Source: Amphiscolops sp. MND2022
Taxonomy: Eukaryota
DNA length: 64,000 nt
Reading direction: 5' to 3'
Assembly (NCBI GenBank): GCA_964187785.1
Contig: OZ076414.1
Span: 62,001-126,000, forward strand
Part shown: positions 1 to 12,899 of the stretch, piece after piece
How the letters are laid out: each line of letters opens with the position of its first letter
Position numbering within the stretch: the stretch's first letter is position 1
Made by a program: the position numbers and the translations under genes
Notes under the pieces: generated by a model
Database searches by the model: none
The model's input: the letters and a program-made list of their open reading frames with translations, nothing else
Told to the model about the DNA's origin: nothing

Positions 1-256
1 GTCGACGAGGTATCAAAAATGTTAGAAATTGGTCTTGTAGGTGGTGTAGTTACATTACGTGAGTGACTTGTTAAAACTGTTTGAGAAGTGGAACTTGTTA
101 AACTTGGCGCTGATGGAGATGTATCAGAAGACGATTCCAGGTTGTCAGAATTTTAGTACTTGTTAATTGTTTGTTTTTTTGCTTCAATTTTTCAGAGCTG
201 GTCCTGATTAGGTGTTGCTGTTTTAAGATCTTAAAAAGTTACGAATGATCAGTGGT

Positions 257-1760
257 TTAAAAGTTTGGAGGATGAAAGGAAAAATCTGTAATCCTTTCCT
301 GGTTGTTGTGGTAATTTATGATGAGGTTTAAGAGTTCTATTTTGAGATGTATCATTGGGTGCAGGAAGAGAAGAGCTGTCAGTAGGGTGACGGATACGAG
401 TATAATATGGATTAGTATCATGAGTTTTACTGATTGTCTTAAAAGATGAAGTGTCATTTTAAGAAGTGTCAGGATTATATGGATGAATGGTATTATAGTA
501 TTCATCATCAGAAAGAAGAGTAATTGTTTGCGTATTTATTGGGTTTGGGAGTATCTGTATTAATAGAATCTGAAAATCGCGTTAAGTTACGAAGATGGGG
601 ATATAAGAGTGGTTCTTTTGGATAATAAGGTATTAAATGCTTTCGATGAATATGAAATTTACTACCATCTTGTGATAGAAGTTCATAAGTTACGTCTCAG
701 AGTCGATCTAATGTTTTGTAGAGACCAATATGAAGAGGTTTGAATTTGTCTGAGAATTGAACATGAGTGAAATTACGTTTCAAAACAAAGATACCAAGTG
801 GCAGAGGTTTATCTTCATGATAAGTTTTTGTTATATATGCTTGAGAATTGCTGTCTGTTAAGTATAGTTATGTACTATTGAATAAATTTGTAACACAGCA
901 GTTTCAACTGCAAGAAACCATTGTGGAATAGGTTTTGAGAGTGTTTTGTAAAAGAATGGGTTTCGGTCAGTTTTGTCATACTGAGTGTTCTGGTAATTTT
1001 GAACAATATTTGGATATACATGTGTTATTCTTGTTACGGTTAAGGCTTAAATCGGTTGTTGAAGGAATTCGAGGTCGTATATGAAAGCCTAATTCATGAG
1101 GGGAGACATTGAGTGCTGAAAAGGGTCGTGAGTTATGTGCTTACATAAAAAACCGTACATTAAAAAAGCGTACATATGCAATTGATGTGCCCAATCCTTG
1201 GAAGTATTTTGTAAAAACATACGATTATGTGTACTAAGGTTTTTGTTTTGAACTTAAACAAGTCCATTAGTCCAAGGGAAGTAAGAGGTGTTCTAGGAGA
1301 GTGTCTAATACCCATAAGTGTACAAAGGTGTGCCATATCGGTGTTAATATATTCTGATCCACGATCAGTGACAAGATTTATGGGTGGACCAAATTTGACA
1401 ATCCAGTGATGTAAAAGTGTCGTAACTGCTGTTTTGGCATTGTTAGATTTGATAGCACTGCAACGACAAAGTGACGAAAAGCGTCAACAATGACGTGTAT
1501 AAACCATTTGTTCTGTGATACGTCCTTGGTGTCCATTGAGATACGATAGTTGAAAGAAGGAGCATGTTCTGAAAAAGATTGTAGAGGAGCAGTATTATGT
1601 TTCATATTAAAGTGTTTATTGCGCTGACCATCAAGACAGTCTTGTCTGAAAATGGATAACCATTGTTCATGGAATAGAATATAATAGTATTGTGAAAATG
1701 TATTGTAGGTAATTTTAGTGCCAGAATGACAATGAGCATGTAGCTTGTTGAAAGCTGTTT
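257..1760 (-). pseudogene. Gypsy-1 integrase remnants
   Basis: ORF 1378-1605 contains EHAPSFNYRISMDTKDVSQNKWFIHVIVDAFRHFVVAV, the first-Asp region of an rve core; flanking frames are broken. Confidence 0.8.
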
Positions 1761-2041
1761 TAAAAAGTCTAAAGGGAAGGCAAATCCTGATTTTACTATA
1801 AACTAAGAGTGTAGTTGTATTTGGCTGTGTATCAGAAAAGTATTTGTTTTTTGTATATAAACTGATGAGGTTAATGCCATCATCAAAAAGTAGTGGGAGA
1901 AGATTTTGTAATGTGCGTGTAGAAAAGGAGAACCATGTTTTAAAGGTGTAGGATATTCATGTTTAGCATTGTGACGTATCCAGTGATATACAGTTTTCAA
2001 AACAGGATCTTGGGCTCGTTGATGTTGTAATGAATGTAGGT

Positions 2042-3563
2042 CTAGTGAAAAATCATCAGGTAAGAAGAAACCTTGAAAGTAGTTCTTGTACTTAAGGAAG
2101 AAAGGGTCATAACTGTATGACTTGAGAAGTATGATTTGAAACGGTATGACTTGAGAAGTATGTGTAGAGAGTTTAATAGGTTCAGTTGTATCAATGACAG
2201 AAGTTGATAATGAAAAAGTTTTTGTTTTCTTGAGTGTAGAAGAACTGTTTGAACGTGGGAGAGTGGGTGTTTGATAAGTATCATTGGTTTGATTATTGGC
2301 TGAAATAGTAACAGATTTTGGAATACGAGTGTATATATGATCATCATCATCACTAGTAACATCAGTATCATTAAGAAGTAAAGATTGTTGATGTAAAGAT
2401 CCAGAGGTTTGACAATAAGGTTGTTAACTTTATCATTTATACGGTTAGAGTTTTGATCTGTTCCATAATCAGCAAGGATAGAGTGAGAATCATGTTTTTG
2501 ATGTGGTAATACTTTTTCATGTTGTTTCAAGTAATGAACAGGTGTTAAAGAGTTGTTTTGTAAAAGAGCAAAATCTATTTGAGGTGGTAGATTTTATGAA
2601 TTGCATCAACTTTAGAGTGTATAGGTTTAATTGTGTTATAACCAATTTCATGTCCAAGAAATTTAACTTTAAGTGACATTAAAAACGATTTTTCAGGAAC
2701 TAGCTTCAAATTATGTTTTGTACTGATTGTTTGAAGCTGTTCAATAAGTTGCAACATATGTTTTTTGGAGATAGAAAGTAATAGAATGTCGTCAATATAA
2801 ACGAGAGCGAAGCCTTGTTTTATAAGAGTTTTAAAGAAAGAAGACATTTGTTTTGTAAAGAAGTTTGGTAATCCTTTAAGTCCATAAAAACCTCTTATGA
2901 ATGCAAAAAGTTCATCAGCTGAGGAAAAACTAGTAAGTTTTATAGTTTTTTCATCAAGAGGAGTGTAAGCATATGCGTACATTAAGTCTACAGCACACTT
3001 GTGTTTTTTATTTGCACGAGTTAATTGTTCAGCAAGTGAATCTATGGGCCAAGATTCATCGGATTATTCTGTATTGAAATTCAAATGTCTGGCGTTTAAA
3101 GCACACTTAATAGAGTCACCTTTGGGTATAACAACAAGAGGATTGAGATAAGTTGTACCATAGTTAGGTTTCTCTTGAGCAAAAGAGCCAATTTGTTTGA
3201 TAATGTTATGTTTCTCTAATTCTTTAAATAGGTTATTGAGTTTTCTCTATAATCAATAGGGATTTTAGAAGGACGTTGTGTAAGAAGTTGAGAATTTGGT
3301 TTTAAACGTATTCTAAGAAGAGTTGCAATTTCTCCAACATCGTTTTTGTGTGTAGCATAGCAATTTTTGTGCTTTACTGATAGGTTACACAATGTTACAT
3401 GATCGGTAAGATCAGAAAATTGAAAGTTCTGTTTGTTTATAAACTTAAGATTGTCTTTTGAATATAGTAATGTAGGAAAAGTGCGAGACTTTGGTGTGTC
3501 AGAAGTGGGTTGAACGTTGTATATATTGGAATGAGGTGTATCATGTAATGTAGGAGATGTCAT
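2042..3563 (-). pseudogene. Gypsy-1 reverse transcriptase/RNase H remnants
   Basis: TSFSSADELFAFIRGFYGLKGLPNFF and ALVYIDDILL (2575-2982); LRIRLKPN...QRPSKIPIDY (3216-3563) fits the pre-RT linker. Confidence 0.88.
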
Positions 3564-6500
3564 GTATAATTGATGTAAAGAAAAATGATTTGATGAAGAG
3601 GGTATATCTTGTGTAGGCGTATTATAATTAGATATTGGAATTGGTTCGGTTTATCTGGATGATAAGTATGAGCTACATTGTGTACAAGAGTGTTTAGGTC
3701 ATTAAATTGATAGTATTTAGGTTGTTCATTTGTGATAGGTACTTCAATATAACCAATATGTCATTTTGGAAGTGTTGCAATATGATTTGAATAATTGTAG
3801 AACAAATATCAGGTTTGTCATCAGTGAAAACTTCAATGAAATTGAAAATTGTACGAAATTTAGATGAGAAGTAAGTATGTGGTATTGTAGGAAAGAATTT
3901 GTTTTTTGGAGTTAAAGCAAAGTGAAGATTGTAGTAGTTTTTTATTGGAAAATGAGCATTTTTTGAGGAGTTTGGATTTAAAGGTATTTGTGTTTAAGAA
4001 TTGATTCTGTTTATGTACGAGGATTATGGATAGTCTTTTGAACGAAGTAAATTTGATGGTTTTCGGTTGATCTTTGGATTGTTATTCAAACTGTAATGTA
4101 AAGTCTTTAACATTGATGTTCTGTATATACGCTTCAAAACTTGGAGTTCCAAGAATGTTATATTTAATATCTGCAACAGCAAATGGGATCATAAACTGTC
4201 CAGAACTTTGTTCGATAGAGGTTTTAAAGGTAGTAGTTATATAATGTAAAATAGGAACTTCAGTTGGGTTTGCAACAGTCAATATTTTCGATGTATGATT
4301 CGTTCTGTTATTACATGTAATACTGAGGAGTTTTGCAATTGTAAGATAGGTAGGGTAGTTGAGTACTGAAATGGAAGCACCACTAATATTCTAATCTTGA
4401 AGGATGATCATTATCATTGTATCTTTCAGGAGTATGTAAGTTTTGAGGGTAAAACCAACTTGTACGTGTTAAGGCGTTAGCCATTTCTGAGGATGGTACA
4501 TATGGATATCAAAGTTATTAGGTGTAATTGATTGTTCTGTTTGAATGTTATTGACTTTACTTTTTGTTTCAGAACTTGATCTAGATCTGAAACGTCTAGA
4601 TTCTCGTGGTTGTGAAGGAGGTCTATATGACGAAGTGTATTGTGGAAATTGTGTATCTCTAGAGTATGAACGTGATTTATATCTAGGACGTGAATCTCGT
4701 CTATATGGCGATCTATATGAAGATCTGTATGGTGAACGATGAGAACGTGAATCTCGTTGTCATATCTTGATCTGTTAAATTTGGAGAAGTAGTAGTTCTG
4801 TCATATCTGTATCGGTCTCTAGAGTGAGAATGATATCGATTTTGTGATGAAGTATTGCCATTTGTATTACTATGACGTGAAGTACTTCTACTACGATATC
4901 TATCATAGGATCCTGTAGGTTTGTTGTTTGTTCTGTCAGAGTTATTCTCACGAGAAGAAGAATGGAAGTATTGTACAAAAGATTTTTGAGGAGATTCAGA
5001 TCTAGCGTAGGCGTCTCTTTTATCTTCATTATCTCATTGTTTCTTGAGAGATGGAATGATTTGTTCTATGGCAATTTGAACAATATTTTTTATATGCAGG
5101 TTTGTGTTTGTTATTGGGGTCTCTGGATTGTGTAAACATAAGGTGTTCAGATTGTTGAGTTTCTAAGTTTTTTCATTGTAGTTGATTTGTAATAGAGTTT
5201 ACTTCGAGAGTAAGATCATGAGTGCGTATTTTATCATTGGCTATATCTTCAGCGTCTACTAGTTTTACAAGTTTATGAAATGGTATTGAAAGTTCTAAAA
5301 CGGTTGAAGTATGTTTCACTTGTCATTTATTCGCAAAATCTTTAAGGGTTTTAGGGAGACCTTTTGTAAAAATTTCATTACATTTCAAGTTGATGGTGGA
5401 AGCGTTTTCATTACACCAGCCTTTTTCAAATAGTTGTTGATCTTTAGGAGCAAAGTGGCGTACCGTTTCATTATCAATTTGACAAGAGTGAGGGCTGCAA
5501 CTTGTGCATAAAAAGCATTCTTTTGAGAAGACAACTGTTTCTTAAAACTTGTACAAAAGCAGACTAGTCTTGTACCCGTAAGAGAGCATTGTACAAAAGC
5601 CATTCGTCGAGCGTGCCAGTTTAGTTTCATGAGAAGTTGTAGGTTGCAGACTTAAAAAAATTGTAACACGAGCTTCAATGTTTTGTAAATATTCTTCAGG
5701 TGTGTATTTATGATCAAGACCATCAAATGGTTTGTTTGGTTTTGAAATAGAAGTAGAAGAATTGACGTATGTAGGATTTGAAATGGTTGTGGATGGTTGA
5801 GTATGTGGTTGGGTGAGTAAGGATGTGTTATATCATAGTTTGAATGTGAAGTATTTGTTTGTAAACGTTTGTAAATTGATTGTGTTTGTTGGAATGTGTG
5901 ATATAGGTGTAAAATAAGGATTGGTTCTAATAGGTGAGGTTGATGGTACTGGAATATTTCGATGTTGTATAGAATTACTTGAAGTAGCCGTTTGATTATT
6001 ATGTTCTAGAGTGTTGTGTTTTATGTGTAATTGTACTAGATAAATTATATTGTAATGGGTTGGTAGGAATGGTTTGTAATGGAGGTATAGAAAGGGTTCT
6101 AGAGTTAACAATATTAGGAGGAGGATTTGTATGTATCATATTAATGTTAAAGATGGTTGATATATTTGGATCCGAAGTACTTTGTGCTTGACTGTATGGA
6201 TGTGTTGTAACAGACGTACTTTCAGGAGTTTAAGGAGATTGAAATGTAAATCGTCGGTGTATGGTATTTATAAGACTACACAGTTGTTATTAAAGGTACT
6301 GTGTTGTTGAGATGTGGAAGAAGAAGTATATGTAAGATATTCAGGTGAGGGAGGTGGATCATAATTTCTAGATATTGGTGGTTGTATTGGTGGTTGTGGT
6401 ATTTGGGTGTTAGTAGCAGTCAAGGTCGAAGAACCTTGGAATAAAGATTGTGGATTTTGTTCTGTATTATGTCTCATATCTTGTTCTTCAACATGTCTTA

Positions 6501-9500
6501 CGGGTACTAAGAATGCATTTGAATCAACTGTGAGATCTGTACTTTGATTATCAAGTGGAGGATTTGGATCTTGAAGTTCATCTTGATTATTGTCATTATT
6601 ATGATTGTCATTGGGTTGAAGTGACAACTTTTCAAATTGTTTATTAGGTGGTTGTTGTGTTATTGGTTGTGTTATTTGTTGACTTTGTTGTGAGTATTGA
6701 ACTTGTGATTCAGATGTATCAGAAAATAGTTCATTTGGATCTTGAATTTGAATGTTAGTGTTGTAGAGTGTTATATGGATTTCAGTTGTAGTTGTAGTGA
6801 TATATGGTCGGTTATCAGATATTTCAGAATGTTCTCCAATGATGTCATTATCGGAAGCAATAATATCAATGTATGGTTTATGAAACTTCAGAGGATTTAT
6901 ATATTGTGGATCTTTGAAATCATCTCTAATAATAAAAAGTAATAAATCTACTTTATCAAAGGTCTTTGGAAAATTAGTATATGCAGGTTGATCTTATGGG
7001 GTTGGTCATTAGTATATGCAGGTTGGTTGTACCCATATTAGTTGTTAATTGAATCGAAAGAATTTTAGATGAAATTTCGCAAAGACTTGGATTTATGGTA
7101 CAGTGTCATCATTACGTTTAAGATTTGGAAGAACTTGTACTGAAAGTGTGTATTTGTTATATATCTTTTTGTAACCAGTAGTGAGGATTATTTTGTCTAG
7201 TTATCTTGGAGTCAATATCTGGGACTTCAAAATATTGGTGTTTTTTGATGAAAGTTTTCTATTTAGGAAGGGCGATATAAAGTTGTGTCTAAATTTTCAT
7301 TGAATTCAATTAATTTGTTAATATAAATATTGAAAACGTCTTGTATTGTTAGTTGTATAATTTGTGGGTATATTGTCCTATAAAGATTGACCTTAAAGAT
7401 GACTTGGAATTGTGTTGGTGAGGGAGTTTTTTCATAAGTTCGATATCTGATGTAATGAAGATAAGAATCTAGATGTTCTCTAAGGAGAAGTATGGTATGA
7501 ATAGAGTGAGGTTCAGTTTCAAAAAGTATTCGCTTTGTATATTGAAAGATGAGATTGTGTGAAAAAGGATAAATCCCTTGAGTCATTGCGCGTACATTAT
7601 GAGTAGGTGCAGTACTACATTGAAAGGGAGTAGGATGCATGTTGGATATGGTAGTTGTGTTATATTGAACGTTTTATAAAATCATGTATTTAGGTGGTAA
7701 AATGTTTCTGTAATATAGAAGAAATTGTATGTTCTGTATTGAAATGTGTTTGATATGGAAAACATTGATCAACAAAAAGGACTTGGAAGAAGATGGTTAA
7801 ACTGAGAGTGAGGAAATGTATGTATATATTTGCTGTTTATGTGTTATAGAAACGAGCTGTTTGACATATGCCAAAGAGTCCAAGAAGAAGTAATAAAGTG
7901 TTAAAAATCATAAGAATTCATAGGGTGTAAAACTTTGGAATGAAAGTTATAAGAGATGGATCAAATGTTATGGCAATTATGGCAATGGAGGCAAAGAAAA
8001 ACCAATGAATAAAATAACACCAACAAAATTGTCAACAGTAAACCTTTGAAGGTGACTTATGTCTTGTATAGAAGTATGTTATTGAAGTCTATCAGTAAGT
8101 ATGTTATAGGTGTATCATATATCGTTCTTTATATGGTGTTCTATTTGTGATTTGTATCAGTGTCTATCCCTGGGATTGTTACAAATGTGTTATGTTTGTG
8201 ATATAGTAGGTGGTTCTGTAGTGTTATAGAAAAGTTAGGAAAATGTTTGAAAAGATTGCAAAATAAGAAGTTAGCGTGTATAATAAGTGCCAACTCAAGG
8301 AGCTGATCCAGACGGCTAGAACCAAGTATACTAGCAAGAATCGTCGGATAGCACTTTCCAGAAAAACCAACACGTATCGCACGTCTGCGGTTGGAACGAA
8401 GAAAAGAAAGACCACCACGAATCACCGTTGACGGTGGCTGGAACGGAGAAATATTTTTACGAACACCGATCACTGAGGGAGTGGTTGGAACGAGAGTGGT
8501 TTGGCCAACACGTATCACATCTTGCGTGGTTGGAACGAAGTAGAAGTTAATTGACAGGAATTACGTTGTGTACGCAGTCAGAACCATACCAACACGAATC
8601 AATTGTTTGAGAAAATTGGTTGGAACGAAAGAATAAAAGGTGTAGAATTTTCCAAGAGGAGGAGATACAGTGTGTCTGACAAATAATATCGAATTAGGAA
8701 GTTGAAAAAACGTGTACAATAAGAGGAGAGGCGTGAAAAGAAAGGCAGGAAGAAGATTTTCTTGATCGCACCGATTGTACTGCTTAGATTTAGTGTTTTG
8801 TGGTAGAGTATGTTTAGGTGTTTCTATAAGAAGTTACTTTCAATCTAAGCAGAAGCCGCTATTGATAATATTAGAGATCTCTTTCAGTGCTTAGCTAAGT
8901 CTTCAGAGTACGACTTTCCATTTCTTTCACTAGTTATAGACTGAGAGAAAACCTAGTGAGAGATATAAGTAAACTCTCAGTAGATATCTATCATGACATA
9001 CATCAATAATTTAGCTGTCATCAATAACTGTCTAGATGAAGTAACGTCGCTAAATCGATTTTAGATTAGTGGGCTAATTTGAGGCATTCACTAAATAGAT
9101 TAGAGATTAGTGGGTTGTCATATCAATGTACGGAGAGTCTTTATTAAATAGATTAGTGGGAAATATTATCTGGATGGTAAGAGCATTCACTCAATAGATC
9201 AGGTTAACTTCAAGATGCCATATGTCACTTTGTTAAAGAGAAAAACTTCTAGAAAGTTCTAAAAAAACTTTCGAGGTCATGTATCATGTTATCACATTTG
9301 TTTTTTCATTAGCGATATAAATTGTTTCCGTTACCCTAATATAAGTCTTACGTTTTATGTTACAGACATAGCGCTTTAAATGGCGGTTCGATAGTAATCT
9401 TTTGGATGTTCTCTAAATATGTTTTGACCGATCCAAATCTTTCGTGTCTGACTACAATATGGGAAAGGTACATGCATAATTTTTGGCATCAATTTGATTG

Positions 9501-9784
9501 TGCAACGATTGGAAGACATGAAGAATTAGACTTTTCCTGGTTACAAGCTCGTCCGTAGGGGACGACAAGCATAGATCCTAGGGATTTTGTAACGATCCAC
9601 TCCAGTCATCAGACATGAAGAAGTTCAAAACGATGGTGAACTTTTCAAAACGAGTAAGAAAAATATCGTCCACATTTTTCTGGCGAAAAACGGGAAGAAG
9701 CGAAGAAACGGGAAGCTTCAAAGAAAAACTTATGCATCTTGTTCGAACGAGCAAATTGGTTGGGTATTGGCGGGTGAGTCTGAC

Positions 9785-10728
9785 TGAGTTGACCCTCGTC
9801 TCGAGGCAACTCGTTTATCTCGACTGGTCTAGATAAAGATGCTAGATTTTCGAAGTAAGTTTCATTCATTTCCAGAGCTACAGTATCGAGCGTTGTGCCG
9901 GACAATGAGTCTAATTTTGAAGACAGGTTTTTGATCATTTTAGGGATTTCACTCTGTTCTGTTTTGGTGTCTTTTGTCCTTCTGCAAACAGTTTGTTCGA
10001 TTTTATCAGAGATCTCAGAGAAGTCCCTCTAGAGATACTTGGGGCGCTTTCAGTCTTTAGGCTCGTCGCTTCAGGTTCGCCTATCGAACTTGTCGGAGAA
10101 TCTCTCCTTGCTTTTCTTTTAGATCTTCTCTCGGGCTTTTTTAAACTCAGAGATTCAAAGTAGTCAAAGAAATTTAGTGTAGAAACATCTGTCGAGTAGT
10201 GAAGAAAATTGAAGATTTCAAAGTTTAATTATCATCAGAAAAGATGGCAAAAGCCTCGCAAAAAACAATTATCAACTGAAATGTATTTTAATTCTCTAGA
10301 TATTTCTACCTTTTCGCTCCGGAGAGCGGGGGAAAATACGCACAACGTTCACGCTTTGTTCAGCCCGGCGTTACTGTCGTTTAATATTTCAGGCCGCTTG
10401 CTAGGCCATGTGGTTCGATTGTTGTTAGTTATATAGCACTTTATTATTACTAATAACTGCACAATAATTTCATATTGGTTGGTACACTCTATGTATAAAG
10501 GTATATACTTGTATATAATTATATAAAAATTAAAATGTAGTCCCTTTTCAATGTTATATTATTTTAGCACCGTTATTTTAGATTGTTCAAGATGAATCAG
10601 TAGTATATATCGCATGACGGTTGCATGTGGGTTGATTTAATTGTTTTCTCTACTTCATTTCCCAGTTCGTTCCCCGTAGACTGGGTTCTTTGCATTGCAT
10701 CTCCCACAGCTTAGCTGGGGCTGTGACA
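9785..10728 (-). repeat. Candidate 3' LTR of Gypsy-2
   Basis: Similar to 61755-62360 plus 63140-63498. Similarity stops at TG(A/C)GTTGACCCTCG on the left and GCTGTGACA on the right in both copies. Confidence 0.65.
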
Positions 10729-12899
10729 GTCCTCGGCTTCGATACGCAGTCGCCTCTGGGATATTGAATTGGGAAATGGACCTGATTGGAGTGTCGGGAA
10801 TATTCAGTAAATCATCTCTCATTGAGTCGTATGAGCGCCATGTTGAATCAGTGTTCCAGTCACTGCCCGAGCAGAATCCTTCTGAACTACTGTAACTGCT
10901 AAAAGGGCTCGGAATAACGTCGTTAGGGATGACTGGATTCTCTCTCGTGATGCGGCTTATTGTGCCGTGATCGTCTTCCACAATGGTGGTGTCAGTAGGC
11001 TGCTGTTCATGGACTAGGACCACATGTTGGTTCGCCGTCTTGACGGTCTCGTAAATAATAGCTGTTCGCGGTTGATTGATTAATAGGTAATTTGGCGGTG
11101 GTTTTTCGCTTGGGCCTTTTAAATGGGCCTTTCGCTTGATCGGTTTAGTTTATCGCGGTCGAAAATAATGATATCTTCATGTGTTTGTTCGTTCAAAGTT
11201 GTATTATTCATTGTATTGTAGCAACAAGCTGAACGTCAGTCAATTTTCAGTACCACTGATTTATTCCACTTTGAAAAATTTGTTCACACGATTTGTGTTA
11301 CTCTTTGAATTGTTCAGCTGGCAGACTGAACAACTCTCCTTATATAGTAGATAACTTCTTGATATTAGTATTCCATGATTTACTCCATATTTTCTTTTCA
11401 TTCTATTGTTATTTGTTATTTTCAGATTGTTTTGCAATGAGTTCTACGGAAGATGACAATGCTGTTTTGTGTCGAAGTCGGGAAGTTGGATTGAAAGAGA
11501 GTGAGGCTGAGTTCCAGGAGAGTGGCAAGTTGTTGCTGTGGATGAGGACGAAGGTGGAGAGGTTGTGCCTGTTGTTGCGGATGAGTTCGAGATGCCTCGA
11601 TTTCGAGAGAAAGATGACTCTGGTGAGGATGTTAGTGGAGCTAAAGCGGGAAGCTGTACCGAAATTGGGTCCGTTCATTCAGCTACCAGTGACGATCGGC
11701 TTGACATAGGTTACTTGACAGGCAAAAAAGGAAACTTTTCTAGAAATTAAATGGGTGGCCAGCCCTTTCTAGGTGTTTGTGAACGCGTTCGTTTTACGTC
11801 TACTTTCACAGTTACTCACGATGATCTTGACGAGGACTACAGCCAAGGTGCCAAGCCAAAGTTGTCGAAGTAGAAGAAATCTCGATCGAGTCGGGCGTTT
11901 TCAACAAGCAGTGTCAGATTGTCTAACCGAGTGCGTCTGGCTAGTCACATGGCAGGAGTCATTCCCAAGCCTCCCACATTGATGGACAGCTCTGGCTAGG
12001 AATATGAGCCCCCCACGATTTCTGCTTCTACGAACCTTGAAAGTAGGTATTCTTGCTCCTTTCTTGTTCCCTTTAATGTATTTCGTTTGGGGTGACTTGT
12101 GGGTGACGTTTTGCACTCCGTTCAATATACTTCTTTATTGTGCTTTGTAGTCACCGGTCTGGATTCTGGGCCTGGAGTTGAGTCTTCAGGAAGCAGCGAC
12201 GTTTTTTTGTGTGAGGATGTTGTGGATACTCCGGCTCAGGAAAGTGATGTCGAGTCAGCGCTCCCTGTGGATTTCCCTCGTCATGCCAGGGCCCAACATG
12301 GACGGGCTGCAGTTGGGGTAGAGGCGTCAGTCGTTTACAATCACTGGGACAAAAGTATAGTGCTCTATAGTTATCTGTAATTGTTAATATGTTCTTGCGT
12401 CTACTCTGTCTTCTCATTTCTGTTTTTTGGTTGTTACTGCGTTGTTTGGAATATATGAAAATGTTACTTTAGCTGGCCTGCCGGCTGTTCCCCCTGGGTC
12501 TCCGATGATGATGTCTGCGGCTCAGTGTGTGTTGTTGGCTCGAAGTGCCGCTCGGGCTGAGTGCACAGAAACCTTGAAGGAAACCAAGACCGTGGCTAAA
12601 CGTAAGTGTATTTTGGGGTTATAGTGTTCTGACCGAGCTTTTCTTGTTTAGGTCGTTGTTGGCATTAACTGTTTATCACTTGACCGTTTCTGTTTGGTAT
12701 TGTGTTTTGATTTTGTGGCTCATGTTGTAGTTAGTGGCTCGTTTTGGGTATTCTGTTTTAGAATTTGAGGAACTGTCTCACTTGTTGAAGAAGAAGGGAA
12801 TTGAGGCTAGTGATCCAGGCCGCATCCGTGACCCAATTGAGATAAAAAAGAGAGGTTGTTTGTGCGTGATGTGGAGAAGATTAAAAAACAGACTGAGCG

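Larger units (their letters stand above)
1..9220 (-). mobile_element. Decayed Ty3/Gypsy LTR retrotransposon (Gypsy-1), running off the left edge
   Basis: Minus-strand fragments in gag-PR-RT-RH-INT order: gag-like RRMAFVQCSLTG (~5.6 kb), RT with FYGLKGLP and YIDD (2575-2982), integrase RISMDTK...VIVDAF (1378-1605). Many stops and frameshifts. Right boundary approximate; no LTR pair visible. Confidence 0.85.

Noticed and set aside
4545-4742. Arg/Ser/Tyr-rich + strand ORF
   Set aside because: Antisense shadow of the low-complexity gag region of Gypsy-1.
9190-9600. PBS and 5' LTR of Gypsy-1 (TGGCATC next to TGACA at ~9215-9230)
   Set aside because: No second LTR in the window for comparison and no recognised tRNA match.
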